From: Eledone cirrhosa
Taxonomy: Eukaryota
Length of the DNA: 64,000 nucleotides
Direction: 5' to 3'
Assembly (NCBI GenBank): GCA_964016885.1
Contig: OZ024760.1
Coordinates: 7,254,001-7,318,000 of the forward strand
In this document: one piece after another, positions 27,681-40,930 of the stretch
Layout: the number at the start of each line of letters is the position of its first letter
How positions within the stretch are numbered: the first letter of the stretch is position 1
The notes under the pieces: model-generated
What the model was told of the DNA's origin: nothing
The model's database searches: none
The model's input: only the letters and a program-made list of their open reading frames with translations
Program-made: the position numbers and the translations under genes

Positions 27681-27794
27681 TTTCTTTTATCAAAGCGTAG
27701 TAGTTGGTAGCCTTTTGTGTCAACTGCTCCTTGTAGAACAGCACATTCATAATTGCCCGTTTGGAAACGACTTAGAAACCCTTTCTCTCTTAAA
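27681..27794 (-). CDS. Josephin-domain deubiquitinase, coding exon 2
   Basis: 114-nt exon (cccag|...|gtaagt): LREKGFLSRFQTGNYECAVLQGAVDTKGYQLLRFDKRK, matching the Josephin GNYD...KGY...DKR segment; not in the ORF track. Confidence 0.88.
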
Positions 27795-27885
27795 CTGGGA
27801 CCAGAAAAAGTACCAGAAAAATGGAAGCATTGTTAATCCAGCTATCAACTTCATTATAAATAATCTATGAGTACTGGTGTATATA

Positions 27886-28435
27886 CGAGGGGGATTCAAA
27901 AAGTTTGTGGAAAAAGTACACAGCTAAAAATCATATGCAGAGATTTTGATCTCAATGCACCTGTATGTTCTTGTATTGATGTGTTATAATATGTTCTAAC
28001 ATGGACCCTTAAATGTATGTTGTAACATAGTGCCGTCAGTCGGAAGTCAGCACCCGCTTAAACAACATGGCCTCTATTAAAACATCTAATTCATGGTGAA
28101 GCTAGGGTAGAAGAAGGGCAGCCAAATCATTGGCACTCTGGAGCAAGTTTATGGGGACAATGCCCCAAAGAAATCAACAACCTACAAATGGATAAGTTGT
28201 TTTAGAAGTGGAAGAGATGAGGTTGAAGATGATCCCCAGTCGAAGATGTAAAGAAAAGCTGCTTTGACATGGTTTAAATCACATGGCCCTCAGTTTTACA
28301 CAGATAGACTTAAAGGCTGGTATCAATGCTAGTAGAAGTGTATTGACCTAGATGTAGCATATGTCGAAAAATAGACATAACTTAAAGCGTTTTTTCCAAT
28401 CGTCCTTTTTCCATGAACTTTTTGAAGCACTCTCA
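27886..28435 (+). mobile_element. Internally deleted mariner transposon in Josephin intron 1
   Basis: TA-flanked imperfect TIRs (cgagggggattcaaaaagtttgtggaaaaa / tttttccatgaactttttgaagcactctca); remnant LEQVYGDNAPKKSTTYKWISCFRSGRDEVEDDP. Confidence 0.85.
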
Positions 28436-28577
28436 TATGTTTATGTGTGTGTGTTAGTGTTTATATGTGTGTTGGCATGTATGTGTGTTTCTGTGTGTGT
28501 GCAGCGTCAGTGAAAAATCTGAAATGCATAGACACATGTACACACATACACACACATATATATATATTTATATACAC

Positions 28578-28631
<54 letters not shown>

Positions 28632-28722
28632 CGAAGGAAATGTGGTAAGGAACCAGGTGGACCATAACGCACCAAAGTACTCAATACTTGGGGTAGTAGA
28701 GTGGGTAATAGGAACCAGTAAG

Positions 28723-28816
28723 ACCCCGACGGCTGAGCTCAAGCCGTTTCGACGGCTAATTCTGGACTAAATGAAAATTTATCCTGGTATTTAAATAGCC
28801 GATCTTCTCAAGGGGT
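28723..28816 (-). ncRNA. Type I hammerhead-like motif with U3/A8 core variant (mirror copy)
   Basis: Reverse complement of 29010-29103 in the left arm of the palindrome. Confidence 0.6.
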
Positions 28817-29009
28817 AATTCCATATATGGTCAAAGTGATAGTCAAAAATCAGTAGTAATTCTGTGATTGCAAATTAGTAGGGGAGATGGTGGCTAAACC
28901 TGCCAGTAGGAGAAAGCCACCATCAGGTTTAGCCACCATCTCCCCTACTAATTTGCAATCACAGAATTACTACTGATTTTTGACTATCACTTTGACCATA
29001 TATGGAATT

Positions 29010-29103
29010 ACCCCTTGAGAAGATCGGCTATTTAAATACCAGGATAAATTTTCATTTAGTCCAGAATTAGCCGTCGAAACGGCTTGAGCTCAGCCGTCGG
29101 GGT
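29010..29103 (+). ncRNA. Type I hammerhead-like motif with U3/A8 core variant
   Basis: ACCCC-TTGAGAA-GA(t)CGGCTA...TAGCCGTC-GAAA-CGGCT tgagctc AGCCG-TC-GGGGT; three stems close around a variant core. Confidence 0.6.
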
Positions 29104-29113
29104 CTTACTGGTT

Positions 29114-29174
<61 letters not shown>

Positions 29175-29972
29175 TTATATATACATATATAGAGTGGCGG
29201 ACTGGCCAGGTTATCAGCTTGCCTGATGGCAAATGGGGCCCACAAGGGTCTACGGTAGTGTACTAAGGACCAATGTAAAAATGTTGCTTTCAAAGAAAAC
29301 ATCAAAAGTCCTAGCAAAACAGTAAAAAATATAAAACAAACAACAAATTAAGCAAAGCAGTTAGTCAAACAATTCCCAAAGAAATTAATAGAAATCAAAA
29401 TATATTATAATTCAGACAGCCAGGACGAATGCATACAAACATACATACACACAAAAAATATTTGATTTGACCTACACAGACAGGGGTTATTCGCAGTTCC
29501 CAAAGTGCACCTGAAAATGCTAGTGACGCTGGGTGCCCATGCTGGATTTTCAATAGCTACCTTTGCTAGGTGTGTTTATAGCAGATCAATTTTTTGTGTG
29601 GAACTATCAATATATATATATATATAAAACAAAGAGGGTGTGGTAAGATACCAGGTGGACCATAACACACCAGAGTACTCAATACTTAGGGTAGTAGAGT
29701 GGGTAATATGAAAAGAGTTCAGATCTAGCTGTTGAAACGGCCGGAGCTCAACCATCGGGGTCCTGACTCTTTTCATTTTACCCACTCCTATATATATATA
29801 TATATACATATACTGAAGTAAAAGTTTAGTGGAAATATGAAAGAGTAAGAGCACTCAGTCCATAGGACGAGTTTAGGTTTTTATTTTTCTCATGACAGGC
29901 TGAACGAATTGGGGCCAAGAACCCAATAAAACTTGAATACCTCTTCATGTCACTGATGTAATTATCTATCTA

Positions 29973-30025
<53 letters not shown>

Positions 30026-30697
30026 TAGCTGCAGTACCCGGTAATACCCGGGAAAGGTGGGGTTATTCGCAGTTCCCAAAGTGCGCCCGAAAATGCTAGT
30101 GACCCTGGGTGCCCATACTGGATTTTCAATAGCTACCTTTGCTAGGCGTGTTTATGGCAGATCAATTTTTTGTATGGAACTATCAATAGCTGTTTAAGTC
30201 ATAAGTCCTTCTTCCATCCAACTTTCTTCATTCAGAGTGAGTAAGCTGGGGAAGTTTGAGCTCCAAGAGTATCAAACTTATTCAACAAACTTTTGTATAA
30301 GAATAGCAAACTTACTGCCTTAGCGCTCAAGAACAAACACAGAACAATTGAGGAAGTCATCGCAATTATTGAAGAAATTATAACCGAGTGAACATATTCA
30401 GGTACTGTTCAAGCACCCTGTATATCACCATTTGTAAAGCCCTTCGAATGATTGAAGCAATTCAATAAAACCATCCCGTTTTCCCCTATAGTAGACATAG
30501 CCCGAGAGAACACACCATGATAAATCTGTAACATTCACTGTTGCAAAGTGTCAATAATGGGGGAGAAGTTACATCCTCTTAATTTGTGTTAATCTTCCTA
30601 CGATCCAACACCTCAAAATATCGACAAAATAAATTCTACTCTCAAAGACGGCATGTTACAATTAACATGCCGGGAGTATGAATATTCGTCAACATAC

Positions 30698-31074
30698 AGG
30701 CACATGGTTTAGTGGTTAGAGCATTGGCCTTGCAATCGAAAGGTTGTGAGTTCAATTCTCAGACCGGGTGATGTGTTGTTTCCTTGAGCAAGGCACTTTA
30801 TTTCACATTGCTCCAGTTTACTCAGCTGTAGAAATGAGATGATAGGGACCCCAGTCCCTATCATTCCACTGCAAAGTGGTCGTGGAGTTGCCAAAAAAGC
30901 ACCCAGCACTCACTGTAAATGAGGTTGGTGTTAGGAAGGGCATCCAGCTGTAGAAATCAAGCCAGAATCAGTTCCCGTATGAGCAAGACAAGGTCAGCTG
31001 ACTGGACACTGCCCACAACAGGACAACCCGTCTAACCCATGCTAGCGTGGAAAAACGGACGTAAAACGGTGATG

Positions 31075-31076
<2 letters not shown>
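30698..31076 (+). mobile_element. tRNA-derived SINE, family A, longer LINE-like tail
   Basis: Same head; tail matches the 3' ends of the RTE fragments at 35.3-35.47 and 51.8-51.96 kb. Confidence 0.85.
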
Positions 31077-31136
<60 letters not shown>

Positions 31137-31522
31137 TATATATATATTATGTGTGAAAGACCAAATCTCAATACTGCTATTTTATGGATGTGTATAGAAG
31201 GTAAGAAATTCTTAATACATTCTACAATCCGTATTTTTACTTTACAATTTCACACTCAATTCCATACACTGAAATAGAGAGGATCTTTTGAAAATTTTAT
31301 TTATTCGTTATAAATATTAAATGATAGTTTGTAGTTGTGGGTGGGCCCCTTTGCCCCCCCCCCCCCATGACCAATATTTTTAGATCCAGTCCGCCACTGC
31401 ATATATATATATATATACGCGCACACACTGACATAAATATATACCTACACACGCGCAAACATGCATACACACGTACAAACATGCAGACACACTCACAAAC
31501 ATACACGCACACACACACATAC

Positions 31523-31574
<52 letters not shown>

Positions 31575-32071
31575 ACATACACGCAAACATGGTGGCTGCC
31601 AACTCGTTTTCGAGTATGGTCACTACTTTATATCCATGTAGGAGAACTCCTACCGATGCCCCGAACAAGTGTGACTTTTTAGTCCAGCCAGCGACTTGAA
31701 AACTCTGGTACAAACACTACACCTGTGACAATTATTGACACATAGTGCTGGGCCCATGGTACCATGTGACGACAAGTGCAGAGAGATCTCCAGATATAAA
31801 GCAATGCCTGTGCCGTGAAGCTTTTATAGTGAGCAAAGGCACTGCACAAAGCCAGTCCCACTCTCTTAACCAAGATGATATTTACCAAAAAGAAGAACAT
31901 ACATACATACATACATACACACAGACACACAAACATAGACACACATAAACATAGACACACACACATATATGTAGCTACACACACACACACAAACATACAG
32001 GACTGACTTAAGTAGATGTCTACTTAAGTCAGTCCACAGATATTACAGGGTTACTATATACACCTAGTTAC

Positions 32072-32214
32072 CTCATGGCTATTTGATTCATATTGGTTTC
32101 ATTAAAGGCGTACGGATCTTGGAATAGGTTGTTAAGACAATGGAGTCCACAGAGTGCACCCCTTTGTTTCTCGTGGTAAATCCCCCGTGGTACAGATGAC
32201 CTCTTTGAAGCCAT
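32072..32214 (-). CDS. Josephin-domain deubiquitinase, coding exon 1
   Basis: MASKRSSVPRGIYHEKQRGALCGLHCLNNLFQDPYAFNETNMNQIAM then AG|gtaac; IYHEKQ..LC..H.LNN catalytic-Cys motif; 143+114+394 = 651 nt in frame. Confidence 0.92.
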
Positions 32215-32225
32215 GACGCTGCTCC

Positions 32226-33280
32226 ACTTTGCTTTGATTTTCTCTCACCTGTTGCGATCTTTTTCTCTTTGCTATTATTTTCTCTCACCTGTTGAGGTCT
32301 TCTTTTTTTTGCTTTGATTTTCTCTCACCTGTTGCGATCTTTTTCTCTTTGCTATGATTTTCCCTCGCCTGTAGAGGTCTTATCTTTGCTTTGATTTTCT
32401 TTCACCTGTAGAGGTCTTTTTCTCTTTGCTATGATTTTCTCTCACCTGTTGCGGTCTCTTTCTCTTTGCTTTGATTTTCTCTCACCTGTAGAGGTCTTTT
32501 TTTTCTTTGCTTTAATTTTCTCTCACCTGTTGAGGTCTTCTCCTCTTTGCTTTGATTTTCTCACACCTGTTGAGGTCTTCTCTTTGCTTTGATTTTCTCA
32601 CACCTATTGAGGTCTTCTCTCTTTGCTTTGATTTTCTCTCACCTGCTGAATTCTTCTTCTCTTTGCTATAATTTTCTCTCACCTGTTGAAGTCTTCTCTT
32701 TGCTATAATTTTCTCTCACCTGTTGAGGTCTTCTCTTTCCTATGATTTTCTCTCACCTGTTGAAGTCTTCTTCTCTTTGCTATAATTTTCTCTCACTTGT
32801 TGAAGTCTTCTTCTCTTTGCTATAATTTTCTCTCACCTATTAAGGTCTTTCTCTCTTTGCTTTGATTTTCTCTCACCTGTTGAGGTCTTTCTCTCTTTGC
32901 TTTGATTTTCTCTCACCTGTTGAGGTCTTTCTCTCTTTGCTTTGATTTTCTCTCACCTGTTGAGGTCTTTCTCTCTTTGCTTTGATTTTCTCTCACCTGT
33001 TGAGGTCTTTCTCTCTTTGCTTTGATTTTCTCTCACCTGTTGAGGTCTTTCTCTCTTTGCTTTGATTTTCTCTCACCTGTTGAGGTCTTTCTCTCTTTGC
33101 TTTGATTTTCTCTCACCTGTTGAGGTCTTTCTCTCTTTGCTTTGATTTTCTCTCACCTGTTGAGGTCTTTCTCTCTTTGCTTTGATTTTCTCACCTATTG
33201 AGGTCTTTTTCTCTTTGCTTTGATTTTCTCTCACCTGTCGAACTTTTTCTCTCTTTGCTTTGATTTTCTCTCACCTGTAG
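32226..33280. repeat. ~40-bp minisatellite
   Basis: Unit ttgctttgattttctctcacctgttgaggtctttctctct; homogeneous from 32.84 to 33.19 kb. Confidence 0.95.
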
Positions 33281-33906
33281 TGGTTTGTTCGACCTTGCTA
33301 CTATGGCTTTCAATGTTAACGCACACACACAAAGTTCCGATGACACTTGTGGTTCTGTCACCAATTGACGCACTTAATGTTTCTTCTTTTTACTTTGATT
33401 GTATATTCTTGTGTATTATGTTTATAGGATTCCTAGCAATAATTAATTGATTATATGTATGTCTTTCTATCTAATATAAATGTAATCAACACACACACAC
33501 ACACACATATATCTTTATATATTTTTCCCTTTGGTATTGCTTATTGTTCTGTACTACAGCTGAGATACACCCGATCTATATATTTTTCATGGTGTTTCCC
33601 TCAAATATCTTAATGTATTCACTCTGATGGAGAAATTAACCTTTAGAGCACTGGAGGTGTCAAAATGCACCATAGAGTGATTTCCCCTTAATAGATAATG
33701 CAGAGTCAAGGGAAACAACTCATAAAAATTAGCGTACTAACGGTTGATTCATTTCTCACATCATTGAGTTTACAGGGACTGTCTGAGATAATTCAATTGG
33801 TGTTGCCCTGTTGCAGCTACAGCTCCGATGTGATAGTTAAAATACACTATGAATGTAGAGAGCTTTCTCCTGTTTACTCCTGTTTTTTTACCAAAACAAC
33901 TTTTAC

Positions 33907-33955
<49 letters not shown>

Positions 33956-34050
33956 CTCTCTCTCTATATATATTTTATATATGTATACATATCAAAAAGT
34001 TAATTGTTTATAATATTGTTATGCATCTCAATGAAAAGATAATATATCAA

Positions 34051-34095
<45 letters not shown>

Positions 34096-34491
34096 ATATA
34101 CACACACACACACACACACTCACACCCAAAAGAACATGGGAGTTCCCTGGGTTTTGTTTAATGCAGAAATGTTGTGAAAGTCGTCTGGCTTCGTGGTTAG
34201 AGTGTTTGTCTAACAATCACAAGATCAAGTGTTCGATTCCCAGCACAACATTGTGTGTGTGTGTAAACAAAACACATTATTTTGCCTTTCTCCTGACCAC
34301 TCAGATCGAACAAAAAAAAAACAAAAAATTAGTTGTATATATATATATATATATTACATTATATTATACTATATATACATATGCATTTATAGAGTATTTC
34401 GAAAAGTTTCTCGCAGTGAGGTTGACTGTGGAAAACGGTAAATATGTGTGCGTGTATGTGTCTGTCTGTTTGTGTGCATGCGAATCAGTGT

Positions 34492-34544
<53 letters not shown>

Positions 34545-34984
34545 CTCGCTCTCACTCACGCGCTCGCACTCACTCACGCGCTCCTTCTGGTTTAGTCAGA
34601 CATCTTCAAGGCTGCAATCACTGTAAAGATAGAAAAAAGGGAGATAATTCAATACAACATATAACTTTGATAGGTTTCGGCCAGTATTGGCCCAGGACAT
34701 GACTAGTTCTCAACCTATTTTGTGTCATCGCCCTCTTTAACATGGAAACATTTTCCACGACCCACCTATATAGTAAATATTCAAAAGTACACCAGAGATG
34801 TTTGGTAAAAATTTGTTACTGTTTCATGATTTCTATTTAGCCTCCTGTTTTATTATACAGGCTCTTTACATATCTTCTTTGAATATTTTTTTTTCAGGTA
34901 GCATATGTTGAAATACCTTCTTAATACTCAAAATCCTATATCCTCCCCTGAAGGATGAAAGGCTTCACCATGGCGGGATTTGAA

Positions 34985-35472
34985 CCCAGCAGAGCACTAA
35001 AAGTCGATGGAAGCCTTGGAGTGGGGAGACCCAAGAAGACCTGGGATGAGGTGATAAAAGCTGACCTTGCCCAATTGCACCTCTCAAAGGCGATGACAGA
35101 GGACCGAGACCTCTGGCGTTACGCAGTAATACAGAGTACCCGACTTCCCATGGGTACAAACTGAAGCATATAGACAATATGCCCCCACCCCCTCCCACTG
35201 CAAAGTAGTTGTGGAGGTGTCACGACAAAAAAAGCACCCAGTCCACACTGTAAAGTGGTCATGTAGGCACCCCAGTAAAAGCACCCAGCACTCACTGTAA
35301 ATGAGGTTGGTGCTAGGGAGGGCATCCAGCTGTAGAAATCAAACCAAAATCAGTTCCCTTATGAGCAAGATATAGTCACCCGACCTGGCATTGCCCATAC
35401 CAGGACAACCCGTCTAATCCATGCTAGTGTGGAAAAATGGACGTATGATGATGATGATGATGATGATGATGA
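34985..35472 (+). mobile_element. RTE-type LINE 3' end
   Basis: GRPKKTWDEVIKADL...DRDLWR, then the same 3' UTR as the 51.3-kb copy. Confidence 0.82.
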
Positions 35473-36812
35473 GTGCAAATGGCTGTAACTCTATGCTGCA
35501 GAAAGATTTTATCAATATTGCCAATACATCACCCTCAAAAGAAAATTAACAAAATATATTTATATATACTGTATATACTCAAATATAAGCCGACTCCACT
35601 ATTTTACCCACCCCCACTCCCACCTGGTGGAGTGGCAGTACCGGTAGAGGGTCGGACGCCATGATTTGCAGCATAGAGTTATGGCCCTTTACGATCTGAG
35701 TTCAAATCCCGCCGAGGTTAACTTTGCATTTCATCCTTACGGGGTCCATAAAATAAAGCACCAGTTACGGCCTGGGGTCGATTTAATCGATTTTTTCCCT
35801 CCCCCCAAAATTGCTGGCCTTGTGCCTATATAAGAAACTATTATTAATAAAGGGCGGTGGATTGGCAGAATCGGTAGAGGGTCGGACGCCATGCTTTCCA
35901 GCATAGTTACGTCCCTTTACGGTCTGAGTTCAAATCCCGCCGAGGTTGACTTTGCCTTTCATCCTTACGGGGTCGATAAAATAAAGTACCAGTAATGCAC
36001 TGGGTAATTGCTGGCCTTGTGCCTAAAGTAGAAACAATTATTAATAATGGGTTCTGGTTTAGGCACAAGGCCAACAATTTGAAGGGGCGGGGAAAGTCGA
36101 TTAAATCGACTTCAGTGTGGTATTACTGGTACTTTATTTTATCGACCCTTTAAGGATGAAAGGCAAAGCCAACCCAGGTGGGACTTACAGTACAAATACT
36201 TAAGTCTCCCCTTCTCCCCAAACTGTAACGGGGGCTCTGCAATACACTGAATCTATTGCCATCAAAAAGAATGTTAACAATAAAATATATTTATATAATT
36301 ACTTGCATTTGGTTTACCTGTAAGAGAACTGTGATGTATGCAGCTAAATCCCCAGGAAGACCTGGAAACAAAGAAAGGTGAACCAATAATATATATATAT
36401 ATATATTTTATGTAAATTATGTAAACTATATATATATATATGTGTTTGTGTCTATATTGTATCTGTATTATTTTTGACCGTCGGTCAGTCAATGGCAACA
36501 TTGAGGACCGAGTAAGTTAGATCGCAGATATAAAAGACAGCGAGAAGCGAAAACCAACCAAACAGTGAGTGTGATCTGTTATTAATTCTGGCAATATTAC
36601 GCAAATATGACCCTCCCCAAGTATAACAATATATATTTTTCACTATCTTATTAATTTGTATATATGAATGTATGTATAGTATATTTGATAACTTTTGCCG
36701 AGAATAAGTGACATTGTCACTACTTTAAAATTCATAGTGAATGGTCTTCAAAGTGTTTTTATTTAAACATACAGTATATTATCAGATATACTATACATAC
36801 AGACACACACAC

Positions 36813-37109
36813 ATCATCATCATCATCATCATCATCATTTTATGTCCGCTTTTCCCTGCTTGCAAGGGTGGGACGGGAACCGATTCTGGCTTGATTTCTA
36901 CAGCTGGATGCCCTTCCTAACACCAACCTCATTTACAGTGTGGGCTGGGTGCTTTTTTGCCGTGGCACCTCCACGACCACTTTGCAGTGGAATGATATGG
37001 ACCCCAGTCCCTATCATCTCATTTCTACAGCTGAGTAAACTGGAGCAATGTGAAATAAAGTGTCTTGCTCAAGGAAACAACACATCACCTGGTCTGAGAA
37101 TTGAACTCA
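36813..37109 (-). mobile_element. SINE family A, head-truncated
   Basis: Body and tail match family A; ends in the B box. Confidence 0.85.
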
Positions 37110-37319
37110 GTGCCATCAAAAACGACAGCTAATTGTAATACCTATACATAATATAAAAAAGAGATGCTTGTTGGTTGGTTCCTTCACGCTCACTCTCACA
37201 AGCGATACAAACATACAAACACACAGCTGTGACGAATCTTAGAATGCTGGACTTCTATAGATTCTCACCACCACCCCTTCCTCAGTCATCACATTGATGT
37301 GTGTGTATTAGACACCCCT

Positions 37320-37665
37320 TCTTTCCTCGGTCGATGTAATTACCCTTCCTTTCTCAGTCGACATAATCACACCTTCCATCTTCAGTCGACATAATCACAC
37401 CTTCCATCCTCAGTCGACGTAATCACCCCTTCCTTTCTCAGTCGACGTAATCACCCCTTCCTTCCTCAGTCGACATAATCTCCCTTCCTTCCTCAGTCGA
37501 CATAATCACCCCTTCCTTCCTCAGTCGACATAATCACCCCTTCCTTCCTCAGTCGATATAATCACCCCTTCCTTTCTCAGTCGATGTAATCACCCTTCCT
37601 TCCTCAGTCGACATAATCACCCCTTCCTTCCTCAGTCGACATAATCACCCCTTCCTTCCTCAGTC
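37320..37665. repeat. 28-bp minisatellite
   Basis: Unit cagtcgacataatcaccccttccttcct. Confidence 0.9.
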
Positions 37666-40600
37666 ATCTCTAGTGTGTGACAGACAAATACACAAGGCTC
37701 TTATATAAATAGATTTTTGTAAGCTTGCCTCAAGAATTATTAGAGGCAGGCTCCAGTACCCATTGTTACGGTAAATATTGTATGTGTGTGTAATTACCCA
37801 TTTGTGTGTGTGGGTGTGTGTTTACCCATGTGTGTGTGTGTGTGTGATAACCCATTTGTGTGTGTGTGTGTGTGATTATCCATTTGTGTGTGTATGTGTG
37901 TCTAATTACCCACTTGTGTGTGTGTATGTGTGTCTAATTAGCCATTTGTATGTGTGTGATTACCCATTTGTGTGCGTGTGTGTGTGTGATTATCCATTTG
38001 TGTGTGTGTATGTGTGTCTAATTACCCATTTGTGTGTGTGTCTAATTACCCATTCGTATGTGTGTCTAATTACCCATTTGTGTGTGTGACACACACTAGT
38101 TGATAAACACACACACACATAAATGGGTAAACACATAGACACATACATTTATTATACAATATTTACCGTAATAGCTGTTTCTACTTTTGTCACAAGGCCA
38201 GCAATTACCCCAGTGCATTACTGGTACATTATTCTATCGACCCTGTAAGGATGAAAGGCAAAGCTAACCCCGGCGGAATTTGAACTCAGACTGCAAAGGG
38301 CTGTAACTCTATGCTGCAAATAATTGTTTCTACTTTCGGCACAAGGCCAGCAAATTACCAGTACATTACTGGTACTTTATTTTATCGACCCCGTAAGGAT
38401 GAATGGCGATAGACGCTCTACCGATACTGCCAATCCACTACCCTTTAACGTAATATTGGACGCTGGAGCCTGCCACTAATAATTTTCGAGGCAAGCCAAC
38501 AAAAATAGGTTTTACAAAAACATGAAATCGATTGTCTTAAATTTCATATTTAATGAAATCCGTAGTTAAAACTACATATCTTGCTGTCCACCTTTTTACT
38601 TCAGGAGTCTACTACTGTAGCAAGAGTTGCCTCCCTTGTTGTGACGATCACATCACCAATAGAGTCACGCTTTTTAGCTTCCCGTTGGGGTGGCAGAGCC
38701 CCTTTTGTTACTTCCCATCCCAGGACCTATGAAGAGAATAACTTTCAGCTCTCTACCTCTCATTTGCCCTTTCGGCTGCTGGATTTCGGCCAGGCGCGTT
38801 CGCCGAGTCTTTACTCTCTGGCAACCCTAACATGGTCTCTTGCGAGCTAACTTCAAAACGGTAACAAATAACTTTACTTCATATTTCATCCACTCATCGA
38901 CATGTCAACTATACTATTCTACATAACTTCAACTTGTTAATTAAACTTTATATACACAACTGAGACTTTTGTTGTTATATTCATACACACCAGTATTTTG
39001 TTATAAGTCAAAGCTATAGGCATACATTGTTCCTAATTAGAATATAATTTACGATTTTTAATTTTATTTGGGTTTATACACATACACGTGGAATCATCTT
39101 CTAGGCAGTTAATGAAGAAAGCAGTGTCTTTCCTGTGGTATATATTATACATATGCTGGTTTAGTTTGTTAGTACTATAGCAGGACCAACTATACCAAAC
39201 AAGAATTTGGTATAGTTGACAGTACTATAAAAAATAAATAATATAATGGTTACAGAACGAAAACACAATCACATATAATATATAAAGCTGGTAATACACA
39301 CATCTAGGACCACATACGACAAAAGGGAGGCGAAGGGGTGGGCAAACGAATCGCTACCAGAGCAAAAGATAACGATATCACGAGGAGCACTGGGAGAAAA
39401 AAAACTCTAATAATTTTCCTAATTCTTTTAAGATATCACTTTGGACATTTGTAACAATTTGAAGCAGTATTTGTCATGTTTCAGATAATATTTTTACGGA
39501 TAGCATATTTTGTTTCAAAATTCTTTAAATTCATCTTCTTCTTATGTTCCGTTTTTGTTCTGCGTGTGCTAATGGTACTTTATTTTATAGATTCCCCCTT
39601 AAGAATGAATAGAAAAATGTCTTCTACTGTTTTTAAAAAAAGTTTGTTTATTAGAGATAGAAATATTTAACATGAAGGCAAAATAAAAATTATAAAGAAG
39701 AAATGTTTACCTTTTGACTCGATTCTATATCGACGTCACGGTGTCCTCGTGTCAGGTCTTCTTATGACGTTAAAGGACAGAGAAAGAGAGAAAGATACAG
39801 ATAGATCGAGGAAGAATCTACCTCACTACTGGATTTACAAGTTAAGGGCCGAAAGACTTGCTTGAAGTGGTGCGTGAGGGTTCTTCTATGGTGACCTTCT
39901 GCTGTCCAGCTCTCTTGAGAGTTTCTTAAACCATATTTGAACTCAGAACACAGACAGCTAGAACGAATATTGCAAAGCATTTTATCCGTGGTGTCTGCCT
40001 GTCCCCCGAGGTTCTCAAACTTTTGGGGCTACAGCCCCACTCATGGATACGTAATACCCTCAGCGCCCCAGCCCTATTTACAGAGAGACCTGCCTACACG
40101 TAAATGGTAAATAATATATAATAAATAAAATCGTTAATTTATATATAATAAATAATTGTTTCTAGTTTAGGCACAAGGCCAGCAATTTTCCAGTGCATTA
40201 CTGGTACTTTATTTTATCGACCCATAATAAATAATGTATTCCGAAGAGATTGTTTATGTAACATCAGCATCTTTATTGTTAACTTTGCCTTTCATCCTTA
40301 CGGGGGTCGATAAAATAAAGTACCAGTAATACACTGGAATAATTGCTGGCCTTGTGCCAAAGTAGAAACAATTATTATAATAAATAATATATATACTAAG
40401 TATAAATAAATATTATATATTTTTTATTTTACTACATTTATATATGATATGTATCATTTAATATTTATAATATATTATTATATCATCTTTACCGCTTCCC
40501 AACTTCCCCCTTAGCTCCTCCTGGACCTTCACAACGCATCCGAGGGGGGCGGGGGGGGGTAGCGCCTACCTTGAGAACCTCTGGCCTAAAGCATTAAACA

Positions 40601-40930
40601 AAGAAATTGCTAACCCAGTGAATCGAATAGAACTGGGCTTCCAAGCTAGAGTCCATCGCTAGAGAAATAGAAGCCAGATGATTGTAGGTAACTTTGCTTA
40701 TGATCTGGCTTCTATTTCTATGGCAAGGGGGGATTTATAATCCCTTTCGTATATAAGTAGTCCTATATTTAATTTTCTTTTTAATTTCCAGCAAACATGA
40801 AAGAAAACAATATTGGAGGGAGTTTTGCACGAAGCACTCAATAAGAAGATATCAATAAATAGATAAGTTACATCTTAGAGTAATAAACATACGTTAAATA
40901 GCGTGACAAATTGAAAACTGTGGTTAAGGG

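Larger units (their letters stand above)
28630..29118 (-). mobile_element. Penelope-like fold-back element (tail plus 195-bp inverted arms)
   Basis: Arms 28708-28902 and 28924-29118, 21-nt spacer, ~78-bp unpaired tail, (TA)n flanks. Confidence 0.75.
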
